From Phycisphaerae bacterium (GTDB lineage Bacteria; Planctomycetota; Phycisphaerae; UBA1845), in assembly GCA_963667855.2 (NCBI GenBank), contig CAXXKI010000004.1:459013-483012 (forward strand): a DNA stretch of 24,000 bases, read 5' to 3'. Below are positions 1 to 8,503 of the stretch, piece after piece (position 1 is the first letter of the stretch; the number at the start of each line of letters is the position of its first letter). The notes under the pieces were generated by a model that was not told the origin of the DNA, searched no databases, and saw only the letters and a list, made by a program, of their open reading frames with translations. Position numbers and translations under genes: made by a program.

Positions 1-2
1 GG

Positions 3-899
3 GTGTTTGGCCGGCTTGCCGGAATTATTCGCGATTACGATCCTTTGGTAATTCACTCCTTTCTTTTTCACGCAAACCTGGCGTGTCGGTTTGCCCGGCT
101 TTTGTGCGGATTTCCCGGAAGGCGGTTGGTCTGCGAGATTCAGACCGCGGAAATAGAACGTAAATGGCATCTGACTGTTGATAGGTATACCCACTGGCTT
201 TCAGCGTTCACGATTGGCAATTCTCAATCGGTTGTGGATCATCTGCACGAGCATGCCCGGATACCGAAAGGGCGGCTGCGGTTGGTTCCCGGCGGTGTCA
301 ACGTCGAACGGATTTCAGCGGCCAACCGGCTGGAACCCGCCGAATTGGGAGTAGCACAAAGCGATAAGGTCCTGCTGTGGGTGGGGCGAATCGATCCGGT
401 TAAGGGGCTGGATATTCTGTTGGCCGCTCTTGCCCGGATTGTTGAGAACTTGCCGGTCAAGCTGCTTATCGCGGGGGACGGGGAGCATCGAAAAGCGGTG
501 GAAGCTGATGTATCGAAATTCCGCCTGCAGGACAGGGTTGTCTTTTTAGGGCGGCGCAACGATGTTGACCGGTTATGTAAAAGCGCCGACCTGTTCGTAT
601 TTCCATCGCGAACGGAGGGGATGCCTAACGCTTTGCTGGAAGCGATGGCCGCTTCTTTGCCGGTGGTTACAGCCAACGTACCAGGCTGCCGAGACCTCGT
701 AACAAATGGACAAACCGGTTGGCTGGTGGAGGCGGAGGACGTCGAAGGCCTGGCTCAGGCTATTGTTGATGCCTTCGAAAAACCGGACCTCACCAGGGAG
801 ATGGTTGCACGGGCGGAGTCGTTTGTCCGAGGCGAATATACCGAGCAGCGATGTCACCAACGTTATCTGGATCTGTACGCCCAAGTCTCGCCATTTTGA
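3..899 (+). CDS. Glycosyltransferase, GT4/GT-B family (5'-truncated by window edge)
   Basis: The ORF is open to the window start. Its C-terminal half carries the GT-B retaining glycosyltransferase signature FVFPSRTEGMPNALLEAMAASLPVV...G.TG.LV, typical of GT4 (RfaB/WcaL-like) enzymes. Confidence 0.8.
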   Translation: MFGRLAGIIRDYDPLVIHSFLFHANLACRFARLLCGFPGRRLVCEIQTAEIERKWHLTVDRYTHWLSAFTIGNSQSVVDHLHEHARIPKGRLRLVPGGVNVERISAANRLEPAELGVAQSDKVLLWVGRIDPVKGLDILLAALARIVENLPVKLLIAGDGEHRKAVEADVSKFRLQDRVVFLGRRNDVDRLCKSADLFVFPSRTEGMPNALLEAMAASLPVVTANVPGCRDLVTNGQTGWLVEAEDVEGLAQAIVDAFEKPDLTREMVARAESFVRGEYTEQRCHQRYLDLYAQVSPF

Positions 900-1099
900 A
901 GCGAGATGTAAGGTTAGTGTTAGGATTTTCGCTATCCCTAATTTAACGTCTCGAGTCATCCCACCTAGATAATCCCGCAACAAAGGGAGAGTTTACTTAT
1001 CATCCAATATATAGGTGTTTGCGGAGCTACTCCCCAGCAGATAGTGGTTGTGATATCTGTGAATTCCTGGCGGACCATTTCTCATAAAGAATTGTAAAT

Positions 1100-1128
1100 T
1101 TTACAGTTGCATCAAGTGGGTCTATAGG
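1100..1128 (+). promoter_or_regulatory. Candidate sigma70-type promoter of the dcw operon (Pmra-like)
   Basis: TTTACA (1100-1105), a 17-nt spacer, then TATAGG (1123-1128), about 45-60 nt upstream of the mraZ start. The -35 lies inside the perfect palindrome TGTAAA-T-TTTACA (1094-1106). Identified by eye only. Confidence 0.3.
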
Positions 1129-1160
1129 GTACGTTTTCCCTAGTTATCCCACTCGGTGGG
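1116..1160 (+). promoter_or_regulatory. Candidate MraZ operator motifs (GTGGG boxes / inverted repeat)
   Basis: GTGGG occurs at 1116-1120 and 1156-1160. CCCAC at 1148-1152 forms the inverted repeat CCCAC-TCG-GTGGG just before the mraZ start. Known MraZ boxes are TGGGN / GTGG[G/T] repeats, but the spacing here is not the canonical 10-bp direct-repeat array. Confidence 0.25.
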
Positions 1161-1186
1161 GCGATCGGTACATGGCAGGGGCAAAA

Positions 1187-1669
1187 ATGGTCTTCACTGA
1201 CGCCTATGAACGAACGATCGACGCCAAGAACCGGATCCAGATTCCTGCCCAGTTTCGCGGAGTTATGGATCCGGAAGTTGACGGGGTCGCGTTCTATCTA
1301 TGCCCTGGCGAGCGGCGGAACACGTTATCGCTCTATCCGGAGCGGGCGTTCCAGCAGCGTGCCGAGCAGTTGAAAACGGAAGCGATAAGCGGGGAAGATT
1401 CACTCGCTTTTGAGCAGTTGTATTACTCGCTGGCCAGCAGGCTCGAGATGGACAAGCAGGGACGCGTCGTCCTTCCCGAGCGACAGTTATCGTTGGTTGA
1501 GATTGGCAAAGAAGTGACTCTGGCAGGGGCAAGTACTCGTATCGATGTCTGGGCGACCAATGAGTATCAGGAGTTCTTGCGAAATGCATTTGCCAGTCGT
1601 TGGCCTGATCTGCAGAAGTTCGTGCGACGAACTTTAGAGCAACGGGTTAACGGGAAGCCGGGTGAGTAG
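1187..1669 (+). CDS. mraZ: Transcriptional regulator MraZ
   Basis: Two SpoVT/AbrB-like halves each carry the MraZ DxxxR motif (IDAKNRIQIP and MDKQGRVVLP). Size is about 160 aa and it is the first gene of the dcw cluster. The ORF opens at ATG 1172; ATG 1187 (MVFTD...) aligns better with typical MraZ N-termini. Confidence 0.9.
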   Translation: MVFTDAYERTIDAKNRIQIPAQFRGVMDPEVDGVAFYLCPGERRNTLSLYPERAFQQRAEQLKTEAISGEDSLAFEQLYYSLASRLEMDKQGRVVLPERQLSLVEIGKEVTLAGASTRIDVWATNEYQEFLRNAFASRWPDLQKFVRRTLEQRVNGKPGE

Positions 1670-1912
1670 TCGTATGTGCGCGAGGTTTGGACTTCGGATC
1701 TTTCAGATCCATGTAAGTACGCGATCGCGGCAGTGCCCGTCGCGGTCGTTAAGTTAAGCCCTGAGTAAGGGCAGCGGTTCGCCGGGATCAGCCTGACGGC
1801 GCGGTTGGCCGATCCAGGCGAGCCTGTAGGGCAAAAAGTCGCGGGAAGGATACCGCGGAGCAGGTGAAGACGGGATGGAGCCCGTCATGGAAAAGGAACA
1901 TGTGGTTGTTCG

Positions 1913-2179
1913 TTGAAATTGAGTAAATGGAGTTACTCAAACGGGCAACGGAAGTCGCAAGGCTGGAAGGTATTGGTGATGAGAAGCGGCAGCACTCGAC
2001 CAGTTCGGCAGATGCAGGAGTCGCTCCGAGGTGCTCGGCTTGACGAGGCGGACAGGGATCGGATCGTTGAGCAGCTTGAGACTCGTGTCAGACGTTTGCG
2101 GGGTTTCAGCGGTGTTTACGGCGCGGTGAAGCTATCTGATCACGTAAGCGAGCTTCTTCCTTCTGCCTTGTTGGCTTGA
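1913..2179 (+). CDS. Hypothetical small protein (doubtful ORF in the mraZ-rsmH spacer)
   Basis: An 88-codon ORF with a TTG start (internal ATG at MRSG...). It has an Arg/Glu-rich helical-looking segment (RLDEADRDRIVEQLETRVRRLRGF). No recognisable family and no clear SD sequence. Confidence 0.25.
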   Translation: MKLSKWSYSNGQRKSQGWKVLVMRSGSTRPVRQMQESLRGARLDEADRDRIVEQLETRVRRLRGFSGVYGAVKLSDHVSELLPSALLA

Positions 2180-2249
2180 GGCGGGGGGTTGAGTCGGCAA
2201 GGATGCATGACTCGCCCCGGCCTGACCTTTTTGGTAAATCGAGATTCTG

Positions 2250-3173
2250 GTGTCGGATGAAAAAGGTCAACATGTTCCGGTATTACCGAATGAAGTAAAA
2301 ACGTTGCTGAAAGCGGAATCGGGCGATGTGGTGCTGGATTGCACCCTGGGCCTGGGAGGCCATGCAAGGATGCTGGCCGAATCCGTGGGAAGCTCGGGGA
2401 TGCTCATCGGCATGGACGTTGATGAGCTCAATCTCCAGGAAGCAGGCGAGAGACTTAAAAATTGTGGATGCCCTTATCGTCTTTTCCGGTGCAACTTCAG
2501 TTCATTTGAGGAGGTGCTGGAAGAGGTTGGTATAACCGGGATTGATGTTATCCTGGCGGATCTTGGGGTCAGTTCCACGCAGTTGGATGACGGGGACCGG
2601 GGGTTCAGCTTTCAAAGCGACGGCCCGTTGGATATGAGACTTGACGATCGGTTGGCGGAATCCGCAGCGGATTTGATCAACCGTTTGTCGGAGAGCGAAC
2701 TGGCGGATGCGATTTATCAGTATGGGCAGGAGCGTTTCAGCAGGCGCATAGCCCGTGCTATCCACCATGTCCGGCACAGAGGACGTATCACAACGACGGG
2801 ACAACTGGCGGAAATCGTCGCAAAGGCGATGCGGGTTAAACCCTCTTCGCGAAGTTCCAAGATACATCCGGCGACGCGGACGTTTCAGGCGTTGCGTATA
2901 GCGGTAAACGATGAATTGGGGGCGCTCGAGCGCCTCCTGGCGAAAGCTCCGCGCTATCTCAGGACAGGGGGGAGGATAGGTGTCATATCCTTTCACTCCC
3001 TGGAGGACGGGATAGTCAAAAGAGATTTTCGTCAACAAAAGAGTGATGGATTTTACACTATTTTGACGAAGAAACCGGTAACGGGCAGCGAGGAGGAAAT
3101 CGCAATCAATCCTCGGTGTCGGAGTGCAAAGCTTCGTGTTGCCGTTAGAACTGATCTGCCTTTTCCGGGTTGA
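2250..3173 (+). CDS. rsmH: 16S rRNA (cytosine1402-N4)-methyltransferase RsmH (MraW)
   Basis: GTG start. It carries HVPVL, the SAM-binding DCTLGLGGH, DLGVSS.QLD, RGFSF and SFHSLEDGIVK motifs characteristic of RsmH, and occupies the second dcw position. Confidence 0.93.
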   Translation: MSDEKGQHVPVLPNEVKTLLKAESGDVVLDCTLGLGGHARMLAESVGSSGMLIGMDVDELNLQEAGERLKNCGCPYRLFRCNFSSFEEVLEEVGITGIDVILADLGVSSTQLDDGDRGFSFQSDGPLDMRLDDRLAESAADLINRLSESELADAIYQYGQERFSRRIARAIHHVRHRGRITTTGQLAEIVAKAMRVKPSSRSSKIHPATRTFQALRIAVNDELGALERLLAKAPRYLRTGGRIGVISFHSLEDGIVKRDFRQQKSDGFYTILTKKPVTGSEEEIAINPRCRSAKLRVAVRTDLPFPG

Positions 3174-3239
3174 TCGCATAGACTATTGTTGAGTGGTTCA
3201 TTTGTTGGTCCGGTAGGACCCCTGCCAGGAGTTTTCTCA

Positions 3240-4784
3240 ATGGGTAAAGAAACGAAGATCGGATTGCTGGTGGGCATGTGCTTCATCATTTGCTTTGCGG
3301 TCATACTTTCCCATCGAAGTGAAAAAACGCAGGGGGACATCCCCATACAATCGTTTGAAATTTCCAAGGTTGTGCGCAACGCTGAGTCGGTAGTGGACGA
3401 CGCTCTGCCGCCGAAGCGCGTGCCGAGAATACGTGTCCGTCATCGAAATGAACCAACAACCGCGTCTGCACCGCGACAGGAAAATCTCGATCGCGCCGTT
3501 CAACCCGGTAACCCGAATCAAAATGATGTTGCCGACAGGTTAGCTCAGGCGACTTCGCCGACCGAAACGCCTAATAGGGTAAATCCAATGCGGTATGGTC
3601 CTGTTGAGAGCAACCGGCAGGATACTCTGGCGGTTCCCCTGCCTTCTGCTGACCCGGGTGCCGTCTTTGCGGACATTCTCGATCGGTTCTCCTCAAGGGG
3701 AGAGGCGATCGAAGGGGATCATCCGTCGTCGAATCCCATGCCCCAAGCCGGTTTGCGCCGCCGGGAGACTGTTTCCGATGATCAGAATCGTAAACCGATT
3801 CGAATAAACAATCCTCTGCCTACGGTTAAAGAAGAGGCGGAAAGACAGTTTAAACCGCAAAGTGATATCCATGAGACGCCGGTGTATGCGTCGGCTGACC
3901 AGAAGCAGCCGGTAACTCTGGAAGCGAGAATGCCTCAGGAAAACTTCGAAAAGCCGGTGTACCGGGCTGATAATAGAATTCAAAAAACGGCGGGTTCCAT
4001 ACTGGCTACGCATAAGGTTCAGGCAGGAGATACCCTGGGACGCATTGCCAATCGCTACTACAACTCATCGCGGCAGGATTACGTGAAAGCTATCTTTGAA
4101 GCCAACCGGGATAGTTTGTCTTCGCCCGATACGGTCTATGCGGGGCGAGAGTTGGTAATCCCCGTTCTGAATGATGTTGCAGAACAGCCCGCAGTAAATG
4201 CAATTCAGGACAAAAAGCGGGAAATGGTTTCCAGCGACATAAACGAGCTTGTTAACGGTGGTGTTGAGAAAAATACTGCGGTTGCTGCCGGCGCGACTTA
4301 TACGGTTAAGAGCGGCGATATGTTGTCGCGAATTGCGGCCAGGCATTATGGTTCTTCCGCCAAGCGGATCGTTGATGCTATTTACGCCGCTAATAAGGAC
4401 GTAATGTCCAGTCCCAATAACCTGGTAGCCGGTCGAACGATACGCTTGCCGGTATTGGCAGAGAAGAAAGTAGAAAAGAATGAGGTATCGCCGGTTCAGG
4501 ATAAGCCTGCCAGGGTGGATACTCCCGAAACATCTAAACCGGAGAAGGGACAGGACCGCGGCCGGGAAGGTGTTGATTGGGATTGGTATCAGTTGAAAAA
4601 AGGCGATGTCTATTCCACGGTAGCGGCTAATCTCCTGGGTACATCCAGGAAATGGTCCGAGTTGGCCAGGCTCAATGACGATATTTTCCCTGACGCCAGT
4701 CGGATTCGCCATGGTGTGCAGATACGGATTCCCCGTGTGAACGGCAAGAGAGTATGGGATAATTCGGGGCGAGAGGGCGCCTGA
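3240..4784 (+). CDS. Membrane-anchored protein with three C-terminal LysM (peptidoglycan-binding) domains
   Basis: AGGAG (3227-3231) lies 8 nt before ATG 3240. There is an N-terminal TM helix (IGLLVGMCFIICFAVILS) and a long Pro/Arg/Asn-rich linker. Three LysM repeats follow: HKVQAGDTLGRIANRYY...GRELVIP (nt ~4008-4169), YTVKSGDMLSRIAARHY...GRTIRLP (~4296-4457) and YQLKKGDVYSTVAANLL...GVQIRIP (~4584-4736). Confidence 0.85.
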   Translation: MGKETKIGLLVGMCFIICFAVILSHRSEKTQGDIPIQSFEISKVVRNAESVVDDALPPKRVPRIRVRHRNEPTTASAPRQENLDRAVQPGNPNQNDVADRLAQATSPTETPNRVNPMRYGPVESNRQDTLAVPLPSADPGAVFADILDRFSSRGEAIEGDHPSSNPMPQAGLRRRETVSDDQNRKPIRINNPLPTVKEEAERQFKPQSDIHETPVYASADQKQPVTLEARMPQENFEKPVYRADNRIQKTAGSILATHKVQAGDTLGRIANRYYNSSRQDYVKAIFEANRDSLSSPDTVYAGRELVIPVLNDVAEQPAVNAIQDKKREMVSSDINELVNGGVEKNTAVAAGATYTVKSGDMLSRIAARHYGSSAKRIVDAIYAANKDVMSSPNNLVAGRTIRLPVLAEKKVEKNEVSPVQDKPARVDTPETSKPEKGQDRGREGVDWDWYQLKKGDVYSTVAANLLGTSRKWSELARLNDDIFPDASRIRHGVQIRIPRVNGKRVWDNSGREGA

Positions 4785-5077
4785 TGACACCAGCACGTGC
4801 GGGGGTATCGCTATTTCTGTTGGGATTGGTGTGTTTGGTGGTGGTCGTTCTGCGCGTGGAACGGGTGCAGCTTGAGGCTCGTACGCAGGCACATCTGGGC
4901 GAACTTATCGAACAGCGCCGTAGAGCATGGAATATGCAGATAGAAATGGCGCGTTTGCGATCGCCGGTTCAAATCTGTGAACGTATTGAAGTAATGGATA
5001 TTGAAGTGGGTGCGGTGTTCGACGAGATGATCGTTTCAGATACCGGGCACCAGCAACTTGCCAGTAATCGAAGGTAG
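4784..5077 (+). CDS. ftsL: FtsL-like cell division protein (bitopic, TM + coiled coil)
   Basis: 97 aa with a single N-terminal TM (VSLFLLGLVCLVVVVL) followed by a heptad-like helix. The start overlaps the upstream stop (TGATG), and the gene sits immediately 5' of ftsI as ftsL does in dcw clusters. The call is by position and architecture, not sequence motif. Confidence 0.55.
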   Translation: MTPARAGVSLFLLGLVCLVVVVLRVERVQLEARTQAHLGELIEQRRRAWNMQIEMARLRSPVQICERIEVMDIEVGAVFDEMIVSDTGHQQLASNRR

Positions 5078-5080
5078 AAC

Positions 5081-6823
5081 ATGACCGCAGTAAGTACACC
5101 TCCTCCCGATTTCGTCAGATATCAAAAACGGGTAGCGAGCGTTACCTTTGTGGTTTTGTCTATCCTGTTCCTGGGGCTCGTTTTCCGCCTGGCATATATA
5201 AATACGGCAATGGCGTCGCAGCTACGGGGCATAGCTTCGCGGCAGCATGAGAGTGTCAGTATCATTCCCGCTCGTCGGGGATCGATACTCGATGCCCGGG
5301 GGCGGGTTCTGGTTGGAAGCCATCTACGTTCAAGTGTTTTTGCCGATCCCGGTCTGATCGAACATCCCGATGAGGTTGCTCTTCAGTTGGCACCCATTCT
5401 GGAGATGGAACCGGGTGTAATCGAGAACGAGATAAGAAGCAGTAGCGCTCCGCGGTTCTGCTGGCTGGCTCGCAGGCTGGATGATACGCAGGCGGGAGCG
5501 ATCTCCGCGTTGAAGATCCCGGGAATAGGTCTTCACGGAGAGTTTCAACGGCGATGGGCGATGAACGACATTGCCGCCCATATATTGGGATTTACAGGTT
5601 CGGATGGTCGCGGCCTGGAAGGATTGGAGAGGGTGTATAACAGTCACCTTGCCGGCACCGACGGAAAACGCAGTACACTTCGTGACGCTCGGCGCAGGGC
5701 GCTGGGGCAGGGGAATTCATCGCTGGTCAATCCCAAAGACGGAGGCCACCTGGTTCTTACTATCGATAGTGTTATTCAGGGAATCGTCCAGAATCGATTG
5801 CGCAGCCAGATCGAAGCTTTTGGGGCTGAAAGTGGCATAGCAATAGTGATGTCTCCCAAAAACGGCGATGTGTTGGCCATGGCCTGTGAACCAACTTTCG
5901 ATCCCAATCATTACCGCGATGTGGATAAACAGTACTTGCGGAACCGGGCCATTACCGATCCGGTCGAACCCGGAAGTACGTTCAAACCGTTTATAGTGGC
6001 CGGAGCTATTCAAAACCGTTATGTCAGTACTACTGAAAAGATTGATTGCCATAACGGTCTGCACTATTTCGGCCGCCGTCGAATGCATGACACCAAACCA
6101 CACGGTCTGATGGATGTGCGGGATATAGTTGTCTATAGCAGTAATATTGGTATGGGAATCATCGGAACCAGGATGGGTAACGATGTTCTTCACAAAGTGA
6201 TAACCGGACTTGGATACGGTGAAACTACCCAGATCGGTTTGCCGGGTGAAAGTTCCGGAATCGTATTCCCCGTATCGCGATGGACTGAGTATTCCACAAC
6301 ATCGGTGCCCATGGGGCAGGAACTGGCCGTCACTCCCATTCAGTTGGCCACCGCCTTTTGTGCCCTGGTTAATCGCGGCTACCTCTTACGTCCCCGGGTG
6401 GTGAAGAAGGTACTCGACAGCGACTATTCGGAAATCCAATCGTTCGATGAACCGGAGATAATCCGTCAGGTCATTGCCGAAGATGTGGCCAGCTACATGA
6501 CCGAAAAGGTTATGCCCGGTGTGGTTGAGCGGGGAGGTAAGGAACTGCGCGTCGGTGATTACACTATGTGCGGAAAAACGGGAACTGCCCAGGTTCCTTA
6601 TCCACCGGAAGACAAGCGAAAGGGATACGAACCGGATGCCTATCTCAGTTCGTTTGTCGGGGCGGCGCCGGTTGCCGATCCAGAGGTTGTTGTCCTGGTT
6701 ATGATACGCAAACCGGATAAGCACAGAGGTCATTACGGACGAGTTGTTGCCGGTCCTGCGGTTAGAGATATTGTTCGTTCCACACTGCAATACCTGCAAG
6801 TTCCTTCAGACACCGGTTCGTAA
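5081..6823 (+). CDS. ftsI: Class B penicillin-binding protein / peptidoglycan D,D-transpeptidase FtsI (PBP3)
   Basis: N-terminal TM anchor and PBP dimerisation region, plus the transpeptidase triad SxxK (STFK, nt 5975-5986), SxN (YSSNIG) and KTG (GKTGTA). Confidence 0.92.
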   Translation: MTAVSTPPPDFVRYQKRVASVTFVVLSILFLGLVFRLAYINTAMASQLRGIASRQHESVSIIPARRGSILDARGRVLVGSHLRSSVFADPGLIEHPDEVALQLAPILEMEPGVIENEIRSSSAPRFCWLARRLDDTQAGAISALKIPGIGLHGEFQRRWAMNDIAAHILGFTGSDGRGLEGLERVYNSHLAGTDGKRSTLRDARRRALGQGNSSLVNPKDGGHLVLTIDSVIQGIVQNRLRSQIEAFGAESGIAIVMSPKNGDVLAMACEPTFDPNHYRDVDKQYLRNRAITDPVEPGSTFKPFIVAGAIQNRYVSTTEKIDCHNGLHYFGRRRMHDTKPHGLMDVRDIVVYSSNIGMGIIGTRMGNDVLHKVITGLGYGETTQIGLPGESSGIVFPVSRWTEYSTTSVPMGQELAVTPIQLATAFCALVNRGYLLRPRVVKKVLDSDYSEIQSFDEPEIIRQVIAEDVASYMTEKVMPGVVERGGKELRVGDYTMCGKTGTAQVPYPPEDKRKGYEPDAYLSSFVGAAPVADPEVVVLVMIRKPDKHRGHYGRVVAGPAVRDIVRSTLQYLQVPSDTGS

Positions 6824-6871
6824 TCCATTCTGCAAACGGACCTTAAAAAGTGGCGGTTGGCTTTTGCAGGC

Positions 6872-6895
6872 CTGTGAGTTTTTTGGAACTCACAG
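6872..6895 (+). other. Perfect 9-bp stem-loop in the ftsI-murE spacer
   Basis: CTGTGAGTT (6872-6880), loop TTTTGG, then AACTCACAG (6887-6895). No U-tract follows, so it is not a canonical intrinsic terminator. Confidence 0.3.
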
Positions 6896-6983
6896 ATGGC
6901 TTCTGGATGGCGGTATTTTCTATTAAAACAGCCAGTTGCGTAACTGCCTTAATTCGGGAAAACTGGTTCGAGAAGGGAATATT

Positions 6984-8503
6984 ATGGAAGATGTGCGCGG
7001 ACAAAACCTGTGGCGTTTGAGTGACCTCTTTAACCGGGCGGGCGTTGCGTATACACCGTTGCAGGCGGGTTTTGATCCCCTGATTGAGCACCTTACCGTT
7101 GATTCTCGCGAAGTGCGGACAGGAACCTGTTTCATTGCGATTACCGGTACTAAAGTTGATGGTCACAGCTTCGTTAAACAGGCTGTCGATGCTGGGGCGG
7201 CAGTAGTGGTTGTCGAATCTGGCTGTTTCAAAGAATCCTGTCCAATCGCCGTTGAGGTGGAATGTACGCACGAGGCGGTTGCTAAACTGGCGGCAGTATA
7301 CTTCGGAGTTGATCGAGCCCAGAAGGATGGGGAGCTCTCCGTCGTTGGCGTTACCGGTACAAACGGCAAGACCACGGTTTGTGCCATCATTCGTTCGATT
7401 TTAGAGAGTGCAGGCCACAGGTGTGCCTGCCTGGGAACGATCAGCAATGATGTCGGCAGCCAGTCCAGGCGTTCTGATATGACTACCTTGCCTCCAATCG
7501 AGCTTTGTGCCTGGTTGGCGGAAGCGGCCGCGTCCGAGTGAAATACGCGGTGATGGAGGTTTCCAGTCACGCGTTGGATCAGAAACGGGCTGACGGTATA
7601 GATTTTTCCTCTGCGGTTTTTACCAATCTAACCCAGGATCACCTTGACTATCACGGCACGCTCGATGCATACGCGTTCACCAAGAAAAGGTTGTTTGACC
7701 GGTTGCGATCAGCGGCTTCAGCCGTTATATGCGCCGATGACGACTGGGCGGAAAAGATGGCGGCCGACACTCGCGGCAGGGTATTACGTTACGGGGTAAA
7801 CGGCTTGGCCTCCGACGTTTGGGCGGAGAATATTTCCCTGGGAGATGAACGAACATCGTTCGATTTGTGTCTTGGCGATAAACGTGAGCCGGTTTCAATG
7901 AAGCTGATCGGTATTCACAATGTGCGCAATGTACTGGCTGCTGCCGGTGCGACCGGTTCGTTGGGGATTCCCATAGAGGATATCAAAAAGGGCGTTGAAG
8001 TGATGGATGCTGTTCGCGGTCGTCTGCAAAGGGTGGATGTGCAGGCCCCGTATACCGTTTTTGTTGATTACGCACACACGCCTGACGCCTTGAAGAACGT
8101 GTTGACCCTGCTTAGAGAAGTGACGGCCGAAAGGTTGATCTGCGTATTCGGCTGCGGTGGCGATCGGGACCGGGCCAAAAGACCTGTCATGGGTAAGATC
8201 GTCGCGGAGCTGGCTGATGTGGCCGTGGTCACCAGTGACAATCCTCGAAGTGAAAATCCCCAATCCATTGTGGACGAGACGGTTGTGGGGATGGAGGGGG
8301 CAGACCATTGTGAGCGGATCGTAGAGGTTGACAGGTGGCGGGCGATAGTGGCCGTGGTGGAGATGGCCGAACCCGGTGATGTTGTCCTGATCGCCGGTAA
8401 AGGACACGAGGATTACCAGATAATCGGCAGCGAGCGGAAATGGTTCGATGACGTTGTGGTGGCGGCAGAGGCCATGGAACATGCGCGAAAGGTAATGCTT
8501 TGA
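6984..8503 (+). CDS. murE: UDP-N-acetylmuramoyl-L-alanyl-D-glutamate--2,6-diaminopimelate ligase MurE, reading frame interrupted as written (1-nt frameshift near 7520-7540)
   Basis: The N-terminal piece (ORF 6936-7541; likely start ATG 6984 after AGAAGGG) contains GVTGTNGKTT. The C-terminal piece (7505-8503, frame -1) begins at the MurE motif AVMEVSSHAL and carries DNPR. The two pieces join colinearly as ...LAEAAASGVKYAVMEVSSHAL if one base is restored. Confidence 0.9.

Noticed and set aside
706-972. An 88-aa plus-strand ORF overlapping the 3' end of the glycosyltransferase gene, and minus-strand ORFs at 239-676 and 573-983.
   Set aside because: They are out-of-frame overlaps with a well-supported GT4 CDS, and the translations are Arg/Ser-rich with no motif.
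1836-1890. Resemblance of GGGAAGGATACCGCGGAGCAGG to the SRP RNA domain IV motif (GGAAGGAAGCAGC), and of AGGGCAAAAAGTCGCGGG to RNase P CR-I.
   Set aside because: These are partial matches only. The required symmetric and asymmetric loop context and flanking helices could not be built by eye. The location inside an operon, on the coding strand, is atypical for either RNA.
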